The notes under the pieces were generated by a model. It was not told the DNA's origin. It ran no database searches and worked only from the letters and a program-made list of their open reading frames with translations. This document shows, piece by piece, positions 46,920-55,555 of a DNA stretch of 64,000 nt. The stretch is taken from positions 26,736 through 90,735 of the forward strand of contig JAQUNP010000001.1 of NCBI GenBank assembly GCA_028717565.1, read 5' to 3'. The translations under genes were made by a program, and so were the position numbers. Position 1 is the first letter of the stretch. Every line of letters starts with the position of its first letter. This DNA is from Patescibacteria group bacterium (lineage in GTDB: Bacteria > Patescibacteriota > Kazan-3B-28).

Positions 46920-47276
46920 TTATTTGGACCACGACTGGCTGACTTTTTGCCCATTGGGCATGACCATTTCGACATAGCCGGTCTCGCCATCTTCATTGAA
47001 GTAATAATCCATATCGGTGCCCATCCCATTGAACGTCACGTGGCACAAACCATCATATTTACCTCCGGACACTAGCTCCACAATCTTCCAAGATCCTTCT
47101 TGCCCATCATTGCCTTGATAGTTCCAGTCAGCACCAGTTTGACACCAGCTAGTCGTATTGCCGACATTGGTGGTAACAGTTCCCTCATCGGTAGTAATAG
47201 TTTTAGTGGCACCGCCGCAGGCAGTGAGCACAAAAGCCGCCATTACTACAGTCACTAACAACCATCCTTTTTTCAT
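46920..47276 (-). CDS. lipoprotein, function unknown
   Basis: Signal peptide with lipobox VLTAC. 118 aa. Confidence 0.65.
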   Translation of the reverse strand: MKKGWLLVTVVMAAFVLTACGGATKTITTDEGTVTTNVGNTTSWCQTGADWNYQGNDGQEGSWKIVELVSGGKYDGLCHVTFNGMGTDMDYYFNEDGETGYVEMVMPNGQKVSQSWSK

Positions 47277-47294
47277 AACTTTCTCCTATAGAAA

Positions 47295-49325
47295 TTAAAT
47301 ATCTAGATTTTTTACTGCCTTAGCATTGTCATGAATGAATTTTTTGCGTGGTGCTACATCGTCACCCATGAGTGTAGCAAAAACTTCATCGGCTTGGATT
47401 GCGTCTTCAATCGCCACTTGGTGCAGAATCCGATTTTTCGGATCCATGGTGGTTTCCCACAACTGGTTGGCGTTCATCTCTCCCAAACCTTTGTACCGCT
47501 GGATGTTAATGCCTTTAAGCTTATTATCGGCTTGGACTTCCTCTTCGGGAGTTTCACTTAATTCTTCCTCAGAGATTTCAACCGCTTCCTTTTTGGCCTC
47601 GGCTTTGGTTTTTTTCTCTTCTTTCATGGCCAGCATTTCCTCAATCGCTCGGTCTTTTTCCTCGTCGCTATAAACCCACCGCACATCTTTGCCTTTTTTA
47701 AGTTGGTAAAGCGGGGGTTGAGCAATGTAGAGATACCCTTTGTGAATGATCTCTGGCATGTAGCGGTAGAAGAAGGTTAAAAGCAGGGTGCGAATGTGAG
47801 CGCCGTCAACATCAGCATCGGTCATGATAATGACACGATGGTATCTGATTTTTTCAATATCAAATTGCTCCCCGATACCAGTGCCCAAAGCGATAATGAG
47901 CGATTTGACTTCGTTGTTGGATAACATTTTATCCAACCGAGCCTTTTCGACATTTAAAATTTTTCCCCGTAAAGGCAAAATAGCCTGGAACTCCCGATCG
48001 CGTCCGCTTTTTGCAGAACCGCCAGCGCTGTCTCCCTCTACAATGTAAACTTCGCAATGTTCGGCTTTTTTGCTGGAGCAATCTGCCAGTTTGCCCGGCA
48101 GAGTCATACCTTCCAAAGCACCTTTGCGGATAACTGTATCACGCGCTGCCCGAGCCGCCAATCTGGCTTTTGCTGCCAACAGGGTCTTTTGAATGATGCG
48201 TCTGGCCTCGCTAGGATGTTCTTCAAGATAATTGGCAAAGTAGTCACCAAATACCGACTCCACCGCTGTCCGAACTTCGGTATTGCCAAGTTTGGCCTTG
48301 GTCTGTCCTTCAAACTGCGGATTGGCTAATTTCACAGAGATAATAGCCGTTAAGCCCTCTCGCACATCGTCGCCAGTTAAGGCCTCGTTGCCATTTTTGA
48401 TGATGCCGACTTTTTTGGCATAGTTGTTTAAAGTTCTCGTCAACGCCGCCCTAAAACCAATCACATGTGTGCCACCTTCAGCGTTTAAGATGTTATTGGC
48501 AAAAGCACGTAAAACCTCGTTGAACTCTTCGGTGTACTGCAGAGCAATTTCAACCTGCACGCCCTGTTTTTCCTTATCGACATAGAAAGGCGGAGCAAAG
48601 AGCGGAGTTTTATTAGCATTGATTTCCTCCACATAAGCCCTCACACCACCTTCGTAGTGAAACTCCAAAGATTCCCCAGTTTTTTCATTCGTAGCTTTTA
48701 GGTGTACGCCCTTTGTGAGATAGGCCTGCTGCTTGAGTCGTTCGATAATAGTTTTCCAGTTGTACTCAATGTCCACGTCAAAAATCTCTGGATCGGCATG
48801 GAAAGATACCCGTGTGCCACTGCCCTTTTCTTGAGTCGATACAGATTTTACGGCACCCTTGGCCTTACCTTTGCTGTACTCTTGCGAATAGAGCTTACCG
48901 TCGCGCAAGACCTCTACTTTCATCCAGTCGGATAGAGCGTTAACCACCGAAACACCCACCCCATGCAAACCGCCCGAAACTTTATATCCGCCACCGCCAA
49001 ACTTACCACCAGCATGCAGGGTGGTGAGCACTGTTTCTAGGGTGGATTTTTTTGTTTGAGGGTGTTTCTCTACCGGGATACCACGACCGTCGTCAATAAC
49101 TGTGACTTTATCGTCTTTATGCAAAACTACCTCAACAATTGTAGCGTAGCCAGCCATGGCTTCATCAATACCGTTGTCAACGACTTCCCAAATCAGATGG
49201 TGAATACCATCAACGCCGGTTGACCCAATATACATACCCGGGCGCTTACGAACAGGGTCGAGCCCCTCAAGCACCTGAATGTCTTTGGCACCGTAATTAC
49301 TTTTTGAGGTTTCTTTTTTGGCCAT
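47295..49325 (-). CDS. gyrB: DNA gyrase subunit B
   Basis: YGAKDIQVLEGLDPVRKRPGMYIG, EGDSAGG, PLRGKILNV and QRYKGLGEM motifs. Confidence 0.97.
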   Translation of the reverse strand: MAKKETSKSNYGAKDIQVLEGLDPVRKRPGMYIGSTGVDGIHHLIWEVVDNGIDEAMAGYATIVEVVLHKDDKVTVIDDGRGIPVEKHPQTKKSTLETVLTTLHAGGKFGGGGYKVSGGLHGVGVSVVNALSDWMKVEVLRDGKLYSQEYSKGKAKGAVKSVSTQEKGSGTRVSFHADPEIFDVDIEYNWKTIIERLKQQAYLTKGVHLKATNEKTGESLEFHYEGGVRAYVEEINANKTPLFAPPFYVDKEKQGVQVEIALQYTEEFNEVLRAFANNILNAEGGTHVIGFRAALTRTLNNYAKKVGIIKNGNEALTGDDVREGLTAIISVKLANPQFEGQTKAKLGNTEVRTAVESVFGDYFANYLEEHPSEARRIIQKTLLAAKARLAARAARDTVIRKGALEGMTLPGKLADCSSKKAEHCEVYIVEGDSAGGSAKSGRDREFQAILPLRGKILNVEKARLDKMLSNNEVKSLIIALGTGIGEQFDIEKIRYHRVIIMTDADVDGAHIRTLLLTFFYRYMPEIIHKGYLYIAQPPLYQLKKGKDVRWVYSDEEKDRAIEEMLAMKEEKKTKAEAKKEAVEISEEELSETPEEEVQADNKLKGINIQRYKGLGEMNANQLWETTMDPKNRILHQVAIEDAIQADEVFATLMGDDVAPRKKFIHDNAKAVKNLDI

Positions 49326-49517
49326 ACAAAAATCAATCGATATCTGTTAGCGCGGGCTCAAACCAACCCACTCGCTACTTGAATTATACCTGAAACACGA
49401 GATCAGAACAATTGTTTTTGTATAAGAAAAACCTTGACTAGAAGCTGCTTTTTGTGTATTCTTCCCGTGATGGTTGGGGGGGGAACCCTTGATCATTAAA
49501 TCACCAAGCAGAGGAGT

Positions 49518-50144
49518 ATGAACATGCTTCGGTTTTATGGTGGCCTCCTGATTGTTGCGACTGTGCTGACGATGGTTATGATCGCCAGTCCGGCTGTGGC
49601 CGACACAATCCTGTTTGAGGATCGTGCGTACATCGACACCGACACTGGTGGTGTCGATCATGGGTTCTTGCTGGTCATCCCCGATCACGAGGGAGCTTGG
49701 CAGTTTGCCTGCTCTCCGAACGTAAATGGGTTTGACTTCGGCCTTCGTTTGCCCCGGATAGATTGGGGCGAATTCAAGGTACAGCCCAGATCAGTTTTGC
49801 TATTCCGCGACGGGCAAGACCTTCCGAACTTGAAGCTGCAAACCATGACCGCTGGTGCGCCAGGGTACTGGCTCAACAGCGTGGTCTTGTCAGAGAGCCA
49901 TCGGGCTCGGTATTACGAAGAGCTCGGATGGGATATCGTCTCCGGCAAACACACAACCTTTTCTGTTATTGGGTGTTTGGCTGGTGAGTTCTCTCAATAC
50001 ACCAAGCCCACTTTACAGGTTGGGCCGGCTCTGACCTGGCACCTTCGGGACAAGGCAGACCTCCAGGTCTACTACGGCTTCGGGGTAGCCAGTGCATCTG
50101 ACGTATCGTGGCTTCAGGTGGATTTCTACATCCCTACATCGTAG
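49518..50144 (+). CDS. hypothetical secreted GC-rich protein (208 aa)
   Basis: Own TTGACT-17-TATTCT promoter (49434-49462), GAGGAG RBS, signal peptide (...SPAVA/DT) and terminator at 50172-50210. The start may be the ATG at 49524. Confidence 0.5.
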   Translation: MNMLRFYGGLLIVATVLTMVMIASPAVADTILFEDRAYIDTDTGGVDHGFLLVIPDHEGAWQFACSPNVNGFDFGLRLPRIDWGEFKVQPRSVLLFRDGQDLPNLKLQTMTAGAPGYWLNSVVLSESHRARYYEELGWDIVSGKHTTFSVIGCLAGEFSQYTKPTLQVGPALTWHLRDKADLQVYYGFGVASASDVSWLQVDFYIPTS

Positions 50145-50235
50145 GGGTCTGCACCATGAAGCAATACAAAACCCCCGGCGACCGTGTGTGGCTGGGGGCC
50201 TTTGTTGTGTGACAGTGTGAATAAGTGAAAACCAG

Positions 50236-52512
50236 CTACCCTTCGTCTAGATTAGCTTTATGATGCTCTTGGAGCTTGTTTTTGATGATGCCATAAACAA
50301 CATCACGGTCATCCTTGGTTAGAGTTTTGGCGCTGGAGCGGAGCTCAATATGGAAGGTGAGTTTACGGTGGCCATCAGCGGTAGAGTAGAGGTCTTTGAG
50401 TTCGGCTCTATCCACCAAAATATCAGCGCTTAAAATGTCAGCTAACATCTCCCCCGCTTTAATATTGTGCGACACGATAAATGTCATATCGAATTTGATT
50501 GCAGGGAACCTGGAGGGCTCTTTGTATTCATACTCCCCTGCTGTATGCGGCAGAATCATTGGCAAAGATAATGCAAAATAGGCGTTATCTGCCTGGTGTA
50601 GAGCCACTTCCCCGATGAGCTCTTTGCCTAGTGATACTCTTAGGCCTTTAAGCCCTGCCACTTCACTATATTTTACATTGATCCCTAAACTGGTGAGTAG
50701 GGCCTCCCCTGCTCCGCGTACGTGGCGATAGGCATCTGGCCCCTGCACTCGTATAACCAGTTGCTGGGGTTGGTTGGGCAAGACGTTGGCTGTAGACTCA
50801 AAAATGGTATTAAGCTCAAACGCCTTTAACGCTTTGACCCGCTCACCCCTTTCCATAAAGGTGGCCTCAGCCAGTCCTATCACTAAATCGGTTTTCAAAT
50901 GAGTCCAGTTCTGGTTGAGCGGATTTTCAAGAGCAATGGAGTTTTTATTTCCCTGATCAAAGGGATGGAGATAGACCTCAATGAAACCCAGATTTTGCAG
51001 TCGGGTTTTGATATTGTATATGAGCTCCGCCATAGGTGAGACGACCACCGGAGCAATAGTAATTTGTGGCATAACATTGGCCACCTTGTCAGTACCATAG
51101 ATACGGATAATTTCCTCGGCAATGTCTGGCATGCCAACAATGTCTTCGCGATAATGTGGGATGAGAACAGTTAAGTCGCTGCCTGAAAGTGTAGCCGACA
51201 GGTCTAGGCGATTTAGGATATCAAGCATGATGTCGGGCTCTATTTCAATACCTAACAGTTGGTTGATCGCTGGCATAGACACTACTAGTGTCCGAGTGGA
51301 GGACGGAACCTCTTGGCAAATGTCTAGTTCCCCGGCCAGTACGATCGCATCGGGACAATCTTGCACTACCAAACTAACCAACCGCTGCATAGCTATTTCT
51401 GGCAGAAGTGGGCTCAAGCCCTTTTCAAAACGAACGCTGGAATCGGTGTGCAACCCCAAAGCCCGAGCAGTTTTGCGAATAGAAACTCGATCAAAATTAG
51501 CCACTTCCAAAGCCAGTTCCGTAGTTTGGTTGCTGACACCGGTTTCTTCCCCACCCATAATTCCGGCAATAGCTACCGGATGTGTGCTGTCAGCTATGAC
51601 CAACATATTTTCATTTAGAGCGCGGACAACACCATCTAGCCCCAAGATCGTTTCCTTGGCTTTCGCCTTCCTGACAACAATTTGTTGCTCGGTAAGCTTG
51701 GCCAGATCAAATGCATGCACGGGCTGCCCTAGCTCTAACATGACGAAATTTGAAATATCCACAATGTTGTTGATGGGTCTTAGGCCAGAAGCCAGCAGCA
51801 CTTTTTGCATCCATGTCGGCGAAGGTTTGACCTGAATGTTTTTAATTACCCGACCAATGTACCTACGACAAAGTTGGGGCTCTTCTACTTTGATTGCCAA
51901 ATGGTTTTTTACCGGCTCTTCACCTTCACTAAAATCTAGCTCCAGTTCGGGATTGAAATCTCTGCCTAACACCGCTGCGATTTCCCGAGCAATCGTGAGG
52001 TACGAAAGATAATCAGGCCGGTTGGAAAGCACTTTGAGCTCGATGGTGCTGTCTTCGTTCTCACCCAAGAACTCGCCCAGAGGCATACCGACTGCCGCCG
52101 TGTCGTCCAAAATGTAGATGCCATCAGCTTCTTCGGCCAAGCCAAGTTCGCGTTTGCTACATAGCATACCAAAGGACTCCTCACCGCGGATGGTTGTAGG
52201 CTTTATCTCTAGCCCCCCTGCCACCACAGCCCCCGGTAAAGCCACAGGAACTTTCTGGCCCACAGCGATGTTTTTGGCACCGCACACAATATTCAAAACT
52301 TCGCTGCCAACATCGGTTTTGGTCAGTTGCAGTTTATCGGCATTGGGATGAGGACTGATTTCTTTTATCTCACCCACCACCATACACCCAAAGCGACCAG
52401 AAGTGGTCAGCTCCTCAACTTCGGTGATATGCAGATTGATCAAATCGGCCAGCTGTTTTGACGTTTCTTTGAAGCCGATCCAATCTTTAAGGTAGTTATA
52501 TGAGAGTTTCAT
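50236..52512 (-). CDS. pheT: phenylalanine--tRNA ligase beta subunit
   Basis: MKLSYNYLKDWI N-terminus with tRNA-binding, B3/4, B5 and FDX-ACB-like regions. Adjacent to pheS. Confidence 0.95.
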   Translation of the reverse strand: MKLSYNYLKDWIGFKETSKQLADLINLHITEVEELTTSGRFGCMVVGEIKEISPHPNADKLQLTKTDVGSEVLNIVCGAKNIAVGQKVPVALPGAVVAGGLEIKPTTIRGEESFGMLCSKRELGLAEEADGIYILDDTAAVGMPLGEFLGENEDSTIELKVLSNRPDYLSYLTIAREIAAVLGRDFNPELELDFSEGEEPVKNHLAIKVEEPQLCRRYIGRVIKNIQVKPSPTWMQKVLLASGLRPINNIVDISNFVMLELGQPVHAFDLAKLTEQQIVVRKAKAKETILGLDGVVRALNENMLVIADSTHPVAIAGIMGGEETGVSNQTTELALEVANFDRVSIRKTARALGLHTDSSVRFEKGLSPLLPEIAMQRLVSLVVQDCPDAIVLAGELDICQEVPSSTRTLVVSMPAINQLLGIEIEPDIMLDILNRLDLSATLSGSDLTVLIPHYREDIVGMPDIAEEIIRIYGTDKVANVMPQITIAPVVVSPMAELIYNIKTRLQNLGFIEVYLHPFDQGNKNSIALENPLNQNWTHLKTDLVIGLAEATFMERGERVKALKAFELNTIFESTANVLPNQPQQLVIRVQGPDAYRHVRGAGEALLTSLGINVKYSEVAGLKGLRVSLGKELIGEVALHQADNAYFALSLPMILPHTAGEYEYKEPSRFPAIKFDMTFIVSHNIKAGEMLADILSADILVDRAELKDLYSTADGHRKLTFHIELRSSAKTLTKDDRDVVYGIIKNKLQEHHKANLDEG

Positions 52513-53496
52513 TTAGAACTGTTTTAGAAAGTCGAAATTAGTGCCGTAGAAATTACGGATGTCGGTGATTTTGTATTTCGCCATGATGATGCGCTCGATC
52601 CCCATGCCAAAAGCAAAGCCAGTATAAACGCTGGAGTCGATACCACCGTTTTCTAACACCTTGGGGTTGACCATACCACAGCCCATTAGCTCTAGCCACC
52701 TGCCTTCAAACCAGACATCCACTTCGAAACTGGGCTCGGTAAAAGGAAAATAACTCGGTCGTAAACGAGTTTTGACATCGTCTCCTAAGATATGTTTGAC
52801 CATAGCGTCGATAACAGCTTTTAAGTGGCCAAGCGTTATCCCCTTGTCTACCATTAAACCCTCTAGCTGATAGAAAACGGAGCTATGGGTTGCATCTTCA
52901 GCTTCGTAGCGGAAAGTCCGACCGGGCGCAATGATACGAATTGGTGGTTTGGACTCACGCATATACCTTAACTGAACTGGGCTGGTATGGGTGCGAAGCA
53001 GTGTACTGTGTGCGCTGTCTTTGCCTCGAGATACCCAGAAAGTATCCCACATGTCCCGTGCTGGATGATCGGGGGGAATATTGAGTAGGTCGAAATTATA
53101 TTCTTCAGTTTCTACTTCTGGCCCCTCGGCCACCGAAAATCCAAGACCAGCAAAGAAATCTATCAAATCTCCAATGGTTTGAGTAATGGGATGTAAATGG
53201 CCCATAAGGGGCTCAATGCCAGGTATGGTAAAGTCCAAATCATCCACTATGTGATCTTGGCCGGCAGCGAATTGCTCGAGCATGGCAGAAATCTTTTGCT
53301 TGATCTCATTGCCCAGACGCCCTAGCGGACCGCGTTCGTCATCGGGCAGATCTTTAATCTGGCGCAAAGCCAAAGACAGCGCCGACTTGCGTCCGAGGTA
53401 TTTGATTTTGAGTTGCTCGAGATCCTTGAAAGTGGCTGATTTAAGATCAGCTTCGGCCGCTGCTAATATTTCTTTTAAAATGTCTCTTAAAGCCAC
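52513..53496 (-). CDS. pheS: phenylalanine--tRNA ligase alpha subunit
   Basis: HPARDMWDTF, RTHTSPVQ and class II motifs (FRYE..., GMGIERI). Confidence 0.95.
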   Translation of the reverse strand: MALRDILKEILAAAEADLKSATFKDLEQLKIKYLGRKSALSLALRQIKDLPDDERGPLGRLGNEIKQKISAMLEQFAAGQDHIVDDLDFTIPGIEPLMGHLHPITQTIGDLIDFFAGLGFSVAEGPEVETEEYNFDLLNIPPDHPARDMWDTFWVSRGKDSAHSTLLRTHTSPVQLRYMRESKPPIRIIAPGRTFRYEAEDATHSSVFYQLEGLMVDKGITLGHLKAVIDAMVKHILGDDVKTRLRPSYFPFTEPSFEVDVWFEGRWLELMGCGMVNPKVLENGGIDSSVYTGFAFGMGIERIIMAKYKITDIRNFYGTNFDFLKQF

Positions 53497-53523
53497 TTTC
53501 CATGGAAATAAAGAATAATATTA

Positions 53524-53892
53524 CTATTCTACTTTAACTCGACTATAAAATTCTAGAAAGACGCCAGCTGCTAGCAGCAGACCAACGTTCCACCAAGCCA
53601 AAATATTGGTGAGCTGAAAAACGAGCAAAGCAACTAAAATAGTCCCCAAAATCACTCCCTGTCGTCCGGATAGAATCAGAGCTGGCATGGGCTCAACGCG
53701 GAAGTGTCGCCGAATGGCATAGATACCTAATACTAGCCCACCAATAAGAGTTGGGGCTAATGTAACAAAAAACAAAATGATGCCAGTTAGTCCAGAGGTG
53801 TTGGGATCAAAATATACAAGTACAAGCAAAAACGCCAAAAAAGCCATGATGGCCGTAATACTCATCCCCCAAATGTAACTTTTAACCAGCAT
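53524..53892 (-). CDS. hypothetical membrane protein (4 TM)
   Basis: 122-aa hydrophobic ORF. Confidence 0.55.
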   Translation of the reverse strand: MLVKSYIWGMSITAIMAFLAFLLVLVYFDPNTSGLTGIILFFVTLAPTLIGGLVLGIYAIRRHFRVEPMPALILSGRQGVILGTILVALLVFQLTNILAWWNVGLLLAAGVFLEFYSRVKVE

Positions 53893-53922
53893 GTACTTAG
53901 TATAGCGTATTGACTTTGAGTT

Positions 53923-54675
53923 TTACTGGCGTTGTCGCCTGAATCTTTCGCACAGATTAGCGGCCTGGCTGTAAACTGATGGCTCCTCTACAGCAACGCC
54001 GTTGGGATCTACCACGCATTGTGTCGGATAATCACTTAGCTTGGCTCCTGGAGTTGGCAAAGCCCTGGGAGGATTGGAGGCGTATCCAATAATGTTGTGT
54101 GGCGTTATCACATGGTCGAAAAAAGATGTCATGCCTTCTGTTTCCTCACTGTTACTTCGTACAATCTCACTAAACAGCTTCATGTCCAAAAATGGCGTGA
54201 GCCGTTTAAGTTTATTAACGAAATCCAGGCTTACTGTTTTACCAAGACAGATTTTTTCTAGGTTGCCCAAACAAATGCCATAAGCCGTTTCCTCAATGCG
54301 GCTAATTCTAATGTTCCGACCATTTTGGGTTTTGGCTTCTATAAAATGAGGTTCGCTCCTCCGTGGGAATATATCTACCCAACATCCAGTTTGTTTGTGT
54401 ACCAAGGCATATCGATATCCTCGACGGAACAAATACACCCTAACCACAAAGAACTTATCGACAATGCTTGGGTCAACCAAGGCATATTTACTGCCCTTCG
54501 GAGGATAGACGACCAAGTCCAAATCTTTTGCTGGGTGATTGGCTAAATTTGGTAGTAACACCTGATACGCACAGGAGCCGGTTAACACATAGCCCACGGG
54601 CAAAAACGGATCAATGTCAGCTAGGACATCTAACAGAACAGGGTCGATGTATATTCCGCTGATGCTTTTACGCAT
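53923..54675 (-). CDS. hypothetical protein, possible nucleotidyltransferase fold
   Basis: TGSCAY...AKDLDLVVY resembles the G[SG]...DxD minimal NTase signature. Otherwise unrecognised. Confidence 0.45.
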   Translation of the reverse strand: MRKSISGIYIDPVLLDVLADIDPFLPVGYVLTGSCAYQVLLPNLANHPAKDLDLVVYPPKGSKYALVDPSIVDKFFVVRVYLFRRGYRYALVHKQTGCWVDIFPRRSEPHFIEAKTQNGRNIRISRIEETAYGICLGNLEKICLGKTVSLDFVNKLKRLTPFLDMKLFSEIVRSNSEETEGMTSFFDHVITPHNIIGYASNPPRALPTPGAKLSDYPTQCVVDPNGVAVEEPSVYSQAANLCERFRRQRQ

Positions 54676-54694
54676 ATTTGCTGTGTGGCAAAAA

Positions 54695-55168
54695 CTATTT
54701 GGCCACTAATCCCTTGACGTTAAATTTGTCTAGCTCGGCACCATCTTGATTAAAATAAAATTCACCTTCGATCTTTTCGCCTCGTAAAACATTTGGTAGC
54801 CAGTGAGGATCGTCAACCCACATGGCATCATACGGAATCTCATCTAGCTTATACCACTTAGGCGCCATCTCGTCGCTTTCTTGTGGATTGCCCGTCCAGC
54901 GATGGACAAAGTAGATGTACATGCGCTGGTTCCAATCTGGTTTTTCATTGAAGAAAAATTTTATATTCCCAACGTTTTCCAGATCTTCGACTAAAGTAGT
55001 GACTCCTATTTCTTCTCGGAGTTCGCGGACTGCAGCCTCCTCAATGGTTTCGCCATCTTGGACTTTGCCACCAACTCCGTTCCATTTGCCGACGCCAAAA
55101 CCCCGCTTCTTCATGGCAAGGCAGATCTTATTCCCCCTGACCAAAAAGCAGAGCGTAACGTCTCTCAT
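54695..55168 (-). CDS. Nudix hydrolase, MTH1/NUDT1-like (oxidised purine NTP pyrophosphatase)
   Basis: Nudix box GKWNGVGGKVQDGETIEEAAVRELREEIGV. The C-terminal MWVDDPHWLPNVLRGEKIEGEFYF resembles MTH1. Start set at the ATG at 55168. Confidence 0.8.
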   Translation of the reverse strand: MRDVTLCFLVRGNKICLAMKKRGFGVGKWNGVGGKVQDGETIEEAAVRELREEIGVTTLVEDLENVGNIKFFFNEKPDWNQRMYIYFVHRWTGNPQESDEMAPKWYKLDEIPYDAMWVDDPHWLPNVLRGEKIEGEFYFNQDGAELDKFNVKGLVAK

Positions 55169-55555
55169 ACCTGCATTGTAACAGAAATGAAAAGAGGGCT
55201 GAATCTGAACGCCCATATAATCAAATATTTAGCGCTGTCAGCCCTCGACTAAGGTGCTTCTCCACACCATCTCGCCGAGGTTAGCGCCGCCAAAAAGACA
55301 AAGGTCTTTCTCTGTTTGGTGGCGCCAAACTCGTATATGTTTTTACAACAAGGTACAAGAAACAAATACTTTTGTTTTATTTTTGTAACTACACGAGACA
55401 GTAGCGGAATGCGAAGCACCACTGGGGGGAGTGATACTTCGCATCCCGCCACTCTCACTTTCAAGTTTTTAAACTGCAATAGGACTAATACATCATAGCA
55501 AATTTCCGCCTCTTTGTCAAGGGTTATACAATCCTGGTTGGCAAAGACCCACCCA

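Noticed and set aside
51161-51835. 224-aa plus-strand ORF (and many similar ones, for example 27236-27751, 24186-24521, 59232-59621, 16892-17287, 18017-18415).
   Set aside because: They lie entirely antisense within well-supported genes (pheT, glycosyltransferases, the cdaA-like gene, the RND transporter). Their Ser/Arg/Leu-rich composition is typical of antisense frames.
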